Shown in pieces: positions 50,377-59,639 of a DNA stretch of 64,000 bases. The DNA lies in IMG/VR virus record IMGVR_UViG_3300031993_000016; one strand, 5' to 3'. The position numbers and the translations under genes are program-made. Source of the DNA: a virus (lineage: Duplodnaviria; Caudoviricetes). The stretch's first letter is position 1, and every line of letters begins with the position of its first letter. A model generated the notes under the pieces. That model was given only the letters and a program-made list of their open reading frames with translations. It did no database searches and had not been told where the DNA came from.

Positions 50377-50428
50377 TGTGTTACCTCCATAAATATTCTT
50401 ATATGACTATAGTAATATACAAGGTGTT

Positions 50429-53400
50429 TTACAATACTGTACCGTTAGGCTGTGTAATAGATCCGTTACTAGTAAGTCCTAATGCTAATGAATTCAATCT
50501 ATCTATTAGAGAAGAACCTTCTACACTAGCGCCCGTTGGTGCATTATTCTGTGCTCTAATAGCTTCAGTAACCAGTAAGATTTGGGCCAATAAGGCGTTG
50601 GTTTGTTTCGTAGGATCTGTAAGATCCATAAGATTACTTGTAAGCATTTCAGCAAGTGCGTTAACTACAGTACCTTGCTCTTTTATCTTTTCAGATTGTT
50701 GTACTGCTTGCACATCTTGATATCTATAGCCTGTTGTATTGCTGTAATATATGTGATTGATGAAGTAGTTCATAAATTCGTTGTAGAATTTATTGAATAA
50801 GCCATTGCTTCCTTGAGATGAAACAAATGCTGCCCAACCCTTGTTTAACCACTCAAGTCGATACATCAACAAAAACTTTTCACTATCATCATAGATGTTC
50901 TGTAGCTTATTATCCATCTTGCTGAGTATATCATTAGTTGTGTTTAATGTACTAAACAACGGAGTTTGAAATCCATCCGGGAAGGAAGTGTTCCAGAAAT
51001 TGATACCAGCTTCACGGAATACAGCTTCTTGCATCTTGATTTCATGTGCTTCTTGCACACCTTGCTCTGTTTCTTTAGCTTGGAAATAATTCATAATATC
51101 CGAAGCTGTGTAGCCTGCAGCTTGTAATGCAGCATCTAGATCTGATATCCCATATTTAGAAGCACTCTGTGCCCAATCTGCATAAGATTTGCCTTGCTTC
51201 ACGTATTGATCTACTAAATAGGTATCTGAAAGCATTGCGTTGATTCTAGACTTAACTGCAGAAGCAGATGACGACTCCATCATTGTACCTACTTCAGATA
51301 AAACTTTAGATACTGACGAATCTATTAAATTGCCTGAAAGCTCTTTTAATATATTTTGAGCAGCAAGTCCTTGAGTCTTAGATACACTACCCCAGCTATA
51401 AGATGATGATGGTGAGTGTATATTGTTCAGCATATTTTGTGTTGCAAGTTGACTTGACATACCAACAAATTGAGTAGCACCACTACCAAACAGCACGTTT
51501 GACAGATTCTGAAAACTAGTTGTACTTGCTCTAGCACGTCCATAAGCCGATCTACCTCCTAGCAGATCTGCCATAGAGCTAATCAAGTTTAAACTCATGT
51601 TACGCGTAGATAATTGATATAAAGAGGTCGCATTACCTTGACCTACTTTACCTAATTCAAGTATCTGTCGCACATCAGCTTGCATAGCCTCTGCTTCAGT
51701 TTTAGTACTAACTAAATTTCCGAGTTTCTTAACCCATGCAATAGGGTTGAGGAAATTAAGTATGTTATTTACTAATTCTTTGATTGCTAAGAATACTTCC
51801 ATTGTAGATGACGAAAGATTGACAGCATACTCTTGTTCCATCATCTCTCGAGCTAATTGCTCATCCCACATATGCTGTTGGATAAGCTGTGCAGCTTCAT
51901 TATCTATTACATATGAAAGTCCTTCTTCAATCATATATTGATTGATTTGCTGAGCTTTCAGCTGTTCTGCAGTAGTTGTTGTTTGACCCTCGGCAAGTAA
52001 CTTCATGTTCTCATTAAGAGCACTTGAAGATGAATTCATGTTTTTGATAGCATCAGCTAATCCTTGGAAATCAACCCTCTGGAAAGCTTCTACAGATAAT
52101 CCAAATAACTGTGCATAGCCTTCAGCTTTTTCCATGTATGCATCAGAAGAACTGCTATACATTCTAGCAAGATTTGTGAATAAGCTTGTAAATATCTTCT
52201 GAGGGTTGCTAGCAAATTCACGAAGGAATTCTGTATTAGATGCATTTATATTAGCAAGTGATCTTAAAGCTACTATATCAGAAGCATTACCACCTACAAG
52301 GGCTTTGTATATTGTATCTACTAAACCACTTGCAAGATCTGGAGCAACAGCTCCGATGTAACTCTGTGTAGCTAATAATACGCTCGAAATTGCTGCCATA
52401 TTTTCAGATCTAGCAGCTTGTGCTATCTTTGCAGATTGTTCATATATAGAACTAGCATTCTGTAATCCTGTAGTAAATCCACCAGATAATTCCCTACTAG
52501 CATATAATAAACTTGATGCAAAATCCTGCAAACTCTTTGTAGCAGTCTGTATAGCTTGATTCTGAGATTGTCCCGCTCTAACAGCATTTGCTGCTATAGA
52601 AGCATAAGTGCTAGCATATCCGAAGAAATCTTGTGTAGGTATAGCTTTATTTAATATTGTAGCTTGATATGCAAATTCTTCTGCAATTGCACCGCTCATG
52701 CCAGAAGATAAAACTCTTGCAAGATTATCAAATATATCAGAACCACTTATGTAACTGGATAAACCCTCTGACTGTAATCGTTGTGCAATGACAGACATAA
52801 GATCTTGCACATCTGCTTTTGTATAACCTTGAGTAGCAGCAACTGTTGTAAGATTTTGATTCCAGCTATTTATTACGCTCTGTGCAGCTTCTTTGAGAAT
52901 TTTGAAAGGTTCTTCAATAAGCGTATTGAAATCTTCTTTCATACGTTTATTTGCATATTCAAGATTTTTCTTTCGACTTTCCGAATCACGATTAGCTGCT
53001 GCAGTAGCTGCACTGAATGCTTTGCTGAGTGCTTCACCAATTCTTTTTAATCCATCAAATGCAGTTTTGAGTAACTTAGCAGCAACTGCAACTGCTGCAA
53101 GTTGTGGTGCAAGTTTAAGTAAACTAGACCCCATAGATTTAAATGCAGCAACACCCGTAGTACGTATCTCTTTTGCAATACTGCCGACCTCACCTAATGC
53201 ACCGCTAGTATTACCCTCTTTAAGCAACTTTGCAACTTGGCTTGAACGACTTTCAAGTATCTGACCTACATCAGATTTAAATGATTGCCCTTTGCTTATA
53301 ATATCGCGTACATTCTGATTCTTCAGCAATTTGCTACGAGCGCTTTCACCAAGCCGCTTACCTACTTCATTTGGAATATCTTTAATAGAAACTCCGAGTT

Positions 53401-53788
53401 CTTTTGCAAAATTATTAAATATATTTGATACGTTTTTCTTGAAGCCTGATGCATTAAATCCACCAAACAAAGCATTTTCAAAGTTATCTAGAAATCCTTG
53501 AGGCCCATTACCTTGACCTGATCTAGATCGCACGGAATTAGCACCATATCTACGCGGATCATAACCACGAGTATATTGCTGTTCACGATACGCTGTTCTG
53601 AAGCTGTCTCGAGCCGCAGATTGAGATAATCCTAAACTACCAGCACCGCGTAAAGCGTTGCTAAGTGTTGCAAGATTATCATCAATGTTATCTAATGTTT
53701 TCTGTAATGCTTTGATATCTTGATTCTGTGATTCTGATGTAGTTGTAACATTACCAGTTACATTGATTATATCGCGCACATCTGCCAT
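50429..53788 (-). CDS. Tape-measure-like protein
   Basis: 1119 aa, Ala/Ser/Gln-rich and helical, downstream of the chaperone pair and upstream of the baseplate genes. Confidence 0.72.
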   Translation of the reverse strand: MADVRDIINVTGNVTTTSESQNQDIKALQKTLDNIDDNLATLSNALRGAGSLGLSQSAARDSFRTAYREQQYTRGYDPRRYGANSVRSRSGQGNGPQGFLDNFENALFGGFNASGFKKNVSNIFNNFAKELGVSIKDIPNEVGKRLGESARSKLLKNQNVRDIISKGQSFKSDVGQILESRSSQVAKLLKEGNTSGALGEVGSIAKEIRTTGVAAFKSMGSSLLKLAPQLAAVAVAAKLLKTAFDGLKRIGEALSKAFSAATAAANRDSESRKKNLEYANKRMKEDFNTLIEEPFKILKEAAQSVINSWNQNLTTVAATQGYTKADVQDLMSVIAQRLQSEGLSSYISGSDIFDNLARVLSSGMSGAIAEEFAYQATILNKAIPTQDFFGYASTYASIAANAVRAGQSQNQAIQTATKSLQDFASSLLYASRELSGGFTTGLQNASSIYEQSAKIAQAARSENMAAISSVLLATQSYIGAVAPDLASGLVDTIYKALVGGNASDIVALRSLANINASNTEFLREFASNPQKIFTSLFTNLARMYSSSSDAYMEKAEGYAQLFGLSVEAFQRVDFQGLADAIKNMNSSSSALNENMKLLAEGQTTTTAEQLKAQQINQYMIEEGLSYVIDNEAAQLIQQHMWDEQLAREMMEQEYAVNLSSSTMEVFLAIKELVNNILNFLNPIAWVKKLGNLVSTKTEAEAMQADVRQILELGKVGQGNATSLYQLSTRNMSLNLISSMADLLGGRSAYGRARASTTSFQNLSNVLFGSGATQFVGMSSQLATQNMLNNIHSPSSSYSWGSVSKTQGLAAQNILKELSGNLIDSSVSKVLSEVGTMMESSSASAVKSRINAMLSDTYLVDQYVKQGKSYADWAQSASKYGISDLDAALQAAGYTASDIMNYFQAKETEQGVQEAHEIKMQEAVFREAGINFWNTSFPDGFQTPLFSTLNTTNDILSKMDNKLQNIYDDSEKFLLMYRLEWLNKGWAAFVSSQGSNGLFNKFYNEFMNYFINHIYYSNTTGYRYQDVQAVQQSEKIKEQGTVVNALAEMLTSNLMDLTDPTKQTNALLAQILLVTEAIRAQNNAPTGASVEGSSLIDRLNSLALGLTSNGSITQPNGTVL

Positions 53789-53814
53789 ACTACGATATGA
53801 CCTCCTGAAAGTTA

Positions 53815-53860
53815 AACAAAGAGGATAAGATGTTATATTGAAAGTTACACCTTATCCTCA
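53815..53860 (-). terminator. Stem-loop/attenuator between the chaperones and tape measure
   Basis: GAGGATAAG...CTTATCCTC stem with a TTTGTTT tail. Confidence 0.5.
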
Positions 53861-53867
53861 TATCGCA

Positions 53868-54137
53868 TCATCGTTTTGTAGATTTTAAAGATTGTTCACG
53901 TTCTTTAAGTTCTTGTGTGAACGAATCTACATATTTCTTTCTTATGAATATTGGCTGTTCCATCAACCATTCCGCTGATACGGCGCCTTCAGACGCTCTA
54001 GAAATAAAAAGTGCTTCATCAATTATACTCTCATACAGTTGTTGCCTTATCTCGTGATACGACTTTGTCTGCCCGTTCACTTCTAGACTTCTTCCATTCC
54101 CGTAGATCTCCCACGGTCGGACGAAAAAATTTATCAT
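53868..54137 (-). CDS. Small tail/baseplate assembly chaperone partner
   Basis: WLMEQPIFIRKKYV resembles the small chaperone found before tape-measure genes; start uncertain. Confidence 0.6.
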   Translation of the reverse strand: MINFFVRPWEIYGNGRSLEVNGQTKSYHEIRQQLYESIIDEALFISRASEGAVSAEWLMEQPIFIRKKYVDSFTQELKEREQSLKSTKR

Positions 54138-54855
54138 CTACAAGTGCGAAAAATGCAGCGTCTGTATGACCGCATTTTGGACAAGTTGTAGTACCTCCAA
54201 TTCTTAGACCGTAATCTGTAAGTTCTTTGATTACTTGAGTAAGTATGATGTAATCTGCAGATGAAAGCTCGTTCTGCAGAATCATTTTGATTTCTACTGG
54301 TGTAAGATTACTATTATCTTTTATAGATGAAATCATGTAACATGTTCTTGCAAGTTCTGCGTTAACAGAACCATCAGCTTTCTGGAAAATCTTATCCTTT
54401 TCCGCATTTAACATCTGCTGGATGGTCGGCAGCTTAACATGTATATCACCAGTGAAATCAAGGAATTCATCCTTAGATATTGCGATATCATTGACAAATC
54501 CTGGCGGAAGTGGTTTACATTCAATTGTTTCAAGATTTACTCGATATTCGCCATATGATACTTTACCGCATTTGTCGCAGAATATAGAATTTGTAGTGAA
54601 ATACGGACCGTAGTTTAAAAGTCTTAAACATCTACAAATCCACTGATAATCGATTTCAAGTAACTGCTTAAAATCGATTTTCTCTTCGACAGCCTTTGGC
54701 AGAATCACTTCAAGCATTGTTTTATCAAAATCCTCACTACCAACATATTCAAGTTCAGAAGCTGTTGGAATGCTTGTAAGTGTAAGCACATCAGGTATGA
54801 TACTGCTATCATACACACCTTTACCGAGTAACTCAATTTTTTCTGACATAGCCAT
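54031..54855 (-). CDS. Baseplate hub assembly / tail chaperone (gp26-like)
   Basis: Two CxxC motifs, VKLPT, CPKCG...FFRP. Confidence 0.7.
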   Translation of the reverse strand: MAMSEKIELLGKGVYDSSIIPDVLTLTSIPTASELEYVGSEDFDKTMLEVILPKAVEEKIDFKQLLEIDYQWICRCLRLLNYGPYFTTNSIFCDKCGKVSYGEYRVNLETIECKPLPPGFVNDIAISKDEFLDFTGDIHVKLPTIQQMLNAEKDKIFQKADGSVNAELARTCYMISSIKDNSNLTPVEIKMILQNELSSADYIILTQVIKELTDYGLRIGGTTTCPKCGHTDAAFFALVDDKFFRPTVGDLREWKKSRSERADKVVSRDKATTV

Positions 54856-54956
54856 TTGATTATACCTCCAATTAACAGTTTTAAAAGGATTTACTTTTAC
54901 TACATTATTAAAGGTTCCCCTTAATGTGCCTAGATTAAGAAGAACCTAATTATATA

Positions 54957-55217
54957 TTATAAATCATTGTATTGTTTCTGTAATTCGATTAATTCATTAT
55001 TGGATATTCTATGTACATCATCTGAAATCTGTTGCATGAAATCTTCTATCAAAATTGCCGAATTGTTTCGTAAATATGTTTGAACAGTATTGAGTATGGT
55101 TTGTTTGAATACATGTACTTGTAGCTCAATTGGATAGTGATTAACAGTTAGTTGCGAAACTGTTGATGCTGATTCAGCTGCAGATTCATCTAGTATCTTA
55201 TTTGTGATATCTTCCAT
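54957..55217 (-). CDS. Hypothetical protein
   Basis: GAGGA RBS. Confidence 0.65.
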   Translation of the reverse strand: MEDITNKILDESAAESASTVSQLTVNHYPIELQVHVFKQTILNTVQTYLRNNSAILIEDFMQQISDDVHRISNNELIELQKQYNDL

Positions 55218-55220
55218 AAG

Positions 55221-55700
55221 CTATTCCTCTATATCCCAACGCCATGAGTCAAAATTTTCTTCAAATGTAGCATCATTGCATATGGATACGTCTGCCGAAC
55301 CTCGCTTTGCATATATGATAGATGTGTTAGGATTATCTTGAATACATACTAAGATATTAGATCTTCTTACACCTACAAGTGAATCACCTGGTGATAATGA
55401 TAATGTTGTACCATCATCATATACAATGTAGTACCATTCGTCTTCTTCAACATAATCATCACTGTGATAATTGTATAGTCCATTTTTCTCTGCATAAGAA
55501 GCAGGCATCAACCACTTGCGTACCTCAGCTAATGACATCTTTTCAAATATACTGTATGTATCAGCTTCAAAAGCAGATTTGCCAGGTTTATCAAGCCATC
55601 TTGCGAAATCTGCGATTACAGCTGCGTTGTGAGCTTCCCATTCTTCTTTTGTCATATTCAAGTAGTTTGTCTCGATATCGGACTGGATGTATTTTTTCAT
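55221..55700 (-). CDS. Leader-family protein (MKKYIQSD)
   Basis: RBS and shared N-terminal motif. Confidence 0.8.
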   Translation of the reverse strand: MKKYIQSDIETNYLNMTKEEWEAHNAAVIADFARWLDKPGKSAFEADTYSIFEKMSLAEVRKWLMPASYAEKNGLYNYHSDDYVEEDEWYYIVYDDGTTLSLSPGDSLVGVRRSNILVCIQDNPNTSIIYAKRGSADVSICNDATFEENFDSWRWDIEE

Positions 55701-55703
55701 ATA

Positions 55704-56009
55704 CTACACCTCTTTGAGCTGGTCTGTGACTGCTTTCTTGAACTGACGGTATGAGATTTCGCTGTCATCAGCTGCTCCTATGACTGTTCCGTCGTCATAC
55801 ATGTATCCTCCAAACATGTGGTCAACCATATATCTGATTTCATCACGGATGTCTGATGCTTCGTAATCGTTTACTTGACAGAATTCTTTGAAAGAATCGC
55901 ATTCCTGCTCTTTCATATCTTTTCTCCATTCATCTACTATGTCTTGAATTAGTTTCTGCATAGCAGGTGTGAATTGAGCTTCTTCAGCTGCCTTAATATA
56001 TCTTTTCAT
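55704..56009 (-). CDS. Leader-family protein (MKRYIKAA), paralogue of 57444-57737
   Basis: TPAMQKLIQD...EASDIR.EI.YMV shared with the paralogue. Confidence 0.85.
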   Translation of the reverse strand: MKRYIKAAEEAQFTPAMQKLIQDIVDEWRKDMKEQECDSFKEFCQVNDYEASDIRDEIRYMVDHMFGGYMYDDGTVIGAADDSEISYRQFKKAVTDQLKEV

Positions 56010-56074
56010 ATATCATGTCCTCCTGCATGTACTATAACGAATCTATAGAGATGCTATAGTACCTGCAACCTGAT

Positions 56075-56306
56075 TTAATTTAAAATATGTTTCGGATAGT
56101 AACTATCACCACGAAATAATGAGATAAACACAGTAGCCCTAAATTTTTCATCGAGGTCTACGTAACACCTAAAAAACAACAAGGTCCGATGATTTATCTA
56201 CAGTATATTCAATAACATGTGCAGCTAAATATCTTTCAAATACATCAGATTCATATGATCGAAGGTTTAAAGTCCACCAAAACTTTGTTGCATCAATTGA
56301 TCGCAT
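56075..56306 (-). pseudogene. Frameshifted small gene (MRSIDATKFWW...)
   Basis: GGAGGTG RBS and class I motif; stop follows a T6 run at 56171-56176; removing one T extends the ORF to ...YYPKHILN*. Confidence 0.55.
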
Positions 56307-56425
56307 AGTAACTACACCTCCTTCGTGTATTATAACGAAGCTACAGATTTTTCTATAATTATCTGATCGCTTAGCTGTAACACATAAAATGAGTTCATAT
56401 GTAAAATTATCTTCTAATTTTCAAT

Positions 56426-57331
56426 CTATTCAGCTATATCATATCTATTTACATGCTGTTTAGCCCAATAGATTTTATAGATTTCATTGACAACTTCTCT
56501 TAGATCATACTGATTTAAGTGATTATCATCTGCCCACGCATATATATCGTCAATCTGCTTCTGAACATTAGGATCATTGTATCTAGTAGATCTGCGATTA
56601 TTAACAGATTTAGCTTCCACTTCTTGCTGTGCACTACTTAAATCATTTGCATATGTACTTAGTATAAATGTTTTTAGCTCTAACGCAGCATCTACTATGC
56701 TATCATCTGCATCATACGGATATGGTTTAGACGCTACTGCCTTATCTTTATGATACGACTTCAAATAATCATGAACCTTTTTCTCGGCTGCCTTTACAGT
56801 TTTAGGAAAGTATCTTCGAAGTTGTTCATCAATCTGACCTCCATGAACTAATATACGAAATAATCCATCTTTAGAAGGATAGAACTTATCATCCCCTACG
56901 GACGTAATTATGTCATAGTTCCTTATATAGATTGTATCCTCAAATATATGCCAATCGGAATTCAATGGATCAATATCATAGAAATCAAATACACACTGAC
57001 TTGCAGGGTCATGGACCATATTTAGAAAGATTTGAGTAACTGCGTGTATTAACTGTGTATCTGACGAATAACTTGAAGGGTCTATTTGTAGTTTAGATAG
57101 TTCTGTAGCCCATGTACCTACAAAATTGATATTCTGATTAGGCAACTCACCTACAAAATATTTTGTTTCTGGGCCGGAATCAAACTCGCAAGTTATGCAA
57201 AACACATGCATATCACCTATACACTCACCTACATCTTCAACTGTGCATTTAGTCGACGGCTTTCGACCAGCATAGTTGCGATTATATTCGCTTTCATATG
57301 TGAGCCTTGTAGATTTAATATATTTTTTCAT
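56426..57331 (-). CDS. Leader-family protein (MKKYIKST)
   Basis: AAGGAG RBS, 301 aa. Confidence 0.8.
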   Translation of the reverse strand: MKKYIKSTRLTYESEYNRNYAGRKPSTKCTVEDVGECIGDMHVFCITCEFDSGPETKYFVGELPNQNINFVGTWATELSKLQIDPSSYSSDTQLIHAVTQIFLNMVHDPASQCVFDFYDIDPLNSDWHIFEDTIYIRNYDIITSVGDDKFYPSKDGLFRILVHGGQIDEQLRRYFPKTVKAAEKKVHDYLKSYHKDKAVASKPYPYDADDSIVDAALELKTFILSTYANDLSSAQQEVEAKSVNNRRSTRYNDPNVQKQIDDIYAWADDNHLNQYDLREVVNEIYKIYWAKQHVNRYDIAE

Positions 57332-57443
57332 GTAGTCTATCTCCTTTTATGACATATTATCTTACATATAACATAACAAATTTACCTACGAATTAGAGCG
57401 TGGATTTCATATATCTGTCCCCTGTCTATGTGCTATAACGAAG

Positions 57444-57737
57444 CTACAGAGCTGCAGTAACTTGCTTTTTGAATTCTCTGTAAGAGACTCCAGAACCATT
57501 TGAAGCTTCTACATATGATCCGTCATCAAACATTAAGCCACCATACATACGATTAACCATGTAATCAATTTCTTCACGTATGTCAGATGCTTCCCAATCA
57601 TTTGTCTGTACAAACTCTTTCCAGGTTTCGCACTCCATTTCTTTCATGCTCTTTTTGAAGTCATCGGCTACATCTTGGATGAGCTTCTGCATAGCAGGTG
57701 TTAAAGATTCGGTAGATGATTTGATATACCCTTTCAT
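57444..57737 (-). CDS. Leader-family protein (MKGYIKSS)
   Basis: Paralogue of 55704-56009. Confidence 0.85.
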   Translation of the reverse strand: MKGYIKSSTESLTPAMQKLIQDVADDFKKSMKEMECETWKEFVQTNDWEASDIREEIDYMVNRMYGGLMFDDGSYVEASNGSGVSYREFKKQVTAAL

Positions 57738-57749
57738 GATAACCTCCTA

Positions 57750-59120
57750 TCACCCTACGCCGAATGGATGAACGCTATCGCCATATCCATAAGAATCTTC
57801 ATAGAAGTATTTGCAACCGTTTTCAACTTGCTTTTCTGCTTCTGCTATAAGCCAATCAAGTTTGTAAGGACATCTAGAAAAATTCTCCCTCAATGCCGTA
57901 AGCAATTCTGGTGTAGCTGCTTCTAACAATTTCAATGCAAGTTTCTTTGTAGGGCACATTATAGCTACATCGGTCGGATACTTCTCCTCATATTGAAACC
58001 ATTTTTTAATGGCACTTACAGGGTTATCACATCTGAATGAAAGATCGTGTCCGCCATGTACGAGGTAATTATACTTACCATATGGTGACCAATCATCATC
58101 GTCCTCTTCATCAATATCTGTATCACTTGTAATGCCTTGAGGTGCTAATTCTCTGAGGTCGTAGTAATCAAGTTCATCAGTATTAAGTACACCATCTAAA
58201 CAGATGTATGTGCCCCAAGTACCTTTGTCGTTCTGACCTTCTTGTACTTCTAATACATTTAAGTCCTTTGGAATAGTACCAGGACCAATTCCGTGTGTTG
58301 TAAAGTACCAATACTTTCTTTCTTCATAGGGTCTTACGTCTGAATATCGGTTAATTTCACCGGCAGATTCAATTGGTAATGATTCAGAGCGGTCAAACAT
58401 GTCTGTATGTCCTACAACAGGACCAACATAGTCCTCAGGCCAGAAATGTAAGATGATTGTATCTCGTGTTGCAGTACCTTCGCATTCAAAGGTCAAGACA
58501 GGTTCTCCGCTTATACTATAACTGTCCGGGTCAGAAGAGTCTACTCGGATAATCTCAACTTCTGTTCCAAGATCACACTCAGCAGCATCTTCTGTAACCT
58601 TAACAATGTCGCCTACTTTCAGTTCATCAGCAGTAACTGCTCCAGGAGTACGATATGGATCTACCTTATACTTAGTAAATGTAGCAAGGTCAAAAGGCTT
58701 ACCATTTTCAATAGCCCAGTTAAGTTGATCCTCTTCACTGATAGATGAATGAATATAGTCGTCTGGTTCAGGTTCAATAGTTGACGCATCGATGAATTTG
58801 TCAGAACCGTGTCTTGCGATGTACTCACGTACATCTATCAAATTTGGATGTTCTTCGAGCCATTCATCTCTGAATTCAGTGTCACCTGCGAATTCATCTA
58901 TGACATCAATGATTTCACCGCCGTCATATTCTTCAGGATAGTCACGCTTAAGTATCTGGTCTGCATACCACCATTCGTCTTCACCATCAGGTACCCAAAC
59001 ACCACCTCCAGATTCTTTACCATCAAAAGTCACCCAGAGGATATTCCAATAGGTGTAACCTTCTGGGCGATCTTCCCAAGTATCATCAATGTAATCAGAA
59101 GAACTTATATATCGTTTCAT
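57750..59120 (-). CDS. Leader-family multi-module protein (MKRYISSS) with a DarA_C-like module
   Basis: Acidic modules separated by IDAS, IHSS, IESA, ITSD; YWYFTTHGIGPGTIPK...LNTDELDYYDL. Confidence 0.8.
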   Translation of the reverse strand: MKRYISSSDYIDDTWEDRPEGYTYWNILWVTFDGKESGGGVWVPDGEDEWWYADQILKRDYPEEYDGGEIIDVIDEFAGDTEFRDEWLEEHPNLIDVREYIARHGSDKFIDASTIEPEPDDYIHSSISEEDQLNWAIENGKPFDLATFTKYKVDPYRTPGAVTADELKVGDIVKVTEDAAECDLGTEVEIIRVDSSDPDSYSISGEPVLTFECEGTATRDTIILHFWPEDYVGPVVGHTDMFDRSESLPIESAGEINRYSDVRPYEERKYWYFTTHGIGPGTIPKDLNVLEVQEGQNDKGTWGTYICLDGVLNTDELDYYDLRELAPQGITSDTDIDEEDDDDWSPYGKYNYLVHGGHDLSFRCDNPVSAIKKWFQYEEKYPTDVAIMCPTKKLALKLLEAATPELLTALRENFSRCPYKLDWLIAEAEKQVENGCKYFYEDSYGYGDSVHPFGVG

Positions 59121-59168
59121 AAGTCACCTCCATATGTAAAATAATGTCCTAACATTATGTAAGGTTCA

Positions 59169-59630
59169 TCATTTAAAAAAGTAGAAGAAAGAATTCGGAC
59201 TAGCTATTGGGAGTCCTACATCTTCTACATCGTCATCTATTGTCAGATCTTTAATAGCTTCTACAAGGAATCCATAAGGCTTGTTTGGTTTAACCTTAAC
59301 GAGATATTTATGACCTTTGACGAATCCACAAGCACCATCTTTACCTGTATAAGTTCTTTCTACATAATCTGTAGGTAATCCATATTCTGAATCTTCTGCA
59401 GCAGGTGCAGTAGATGGCTGCATCAACGGTGATTTCTTTCCAAGTTTAACTCCGTTCTTTCTGCATTCTGCACATCTCGGAGTAGGGTCTGTTAAATACT
59501 TTATTTCAACGGGCTTACCACAAGTAGGACACGGACGATAGTGAATATCATCACAGTATCTCTGCTTTGGATTTCTTGGATGAAATAGTTTTCCACATTC
59601 TTTACAAGTTTTCTGTATGTCCATAAGCAT
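59169..59630 (-). CDS. Zinc-finger protein
   Basis: CKECGKLFHP...QRYC...H...CPTCG, same repeat type as the 20.4-24.6 kb pair. Confidence 0.78.
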   Translation of the reverse strand: MLMDIQKTCKECGKLFHPRNPKQRYCDDIHYRPCPTCGKPVEIKYLTDPTPRCAECRKNGVKLGKKSPLMQPSTAPAAEDSEYGLPTDYVERTYTGKDGACGFVKGHKYLVKVKPNKPYGFLVEAIKDLTIDDDVEDVGLPIASPNSFFYFFK

Positions 59631-59639
59631 TATACCTCC

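Larger units (their letters stand above)
18620..59166 (-). promoter_or_regulatory. Dispersed class II motif AACCTT-NN-ATAWWG (putative late promoter)
   Basis: Copies at 18628, 19554, 28118, 31846, 50421 (variant), 54911, 59161, nearly all at the head of structural operons. Confidence 0.7.

Noticed and set aside
24759-54855. Portal, terminase, sheath or tube genes
   Set aside because: No ORF shows their motifs; presumably they lie outside the window
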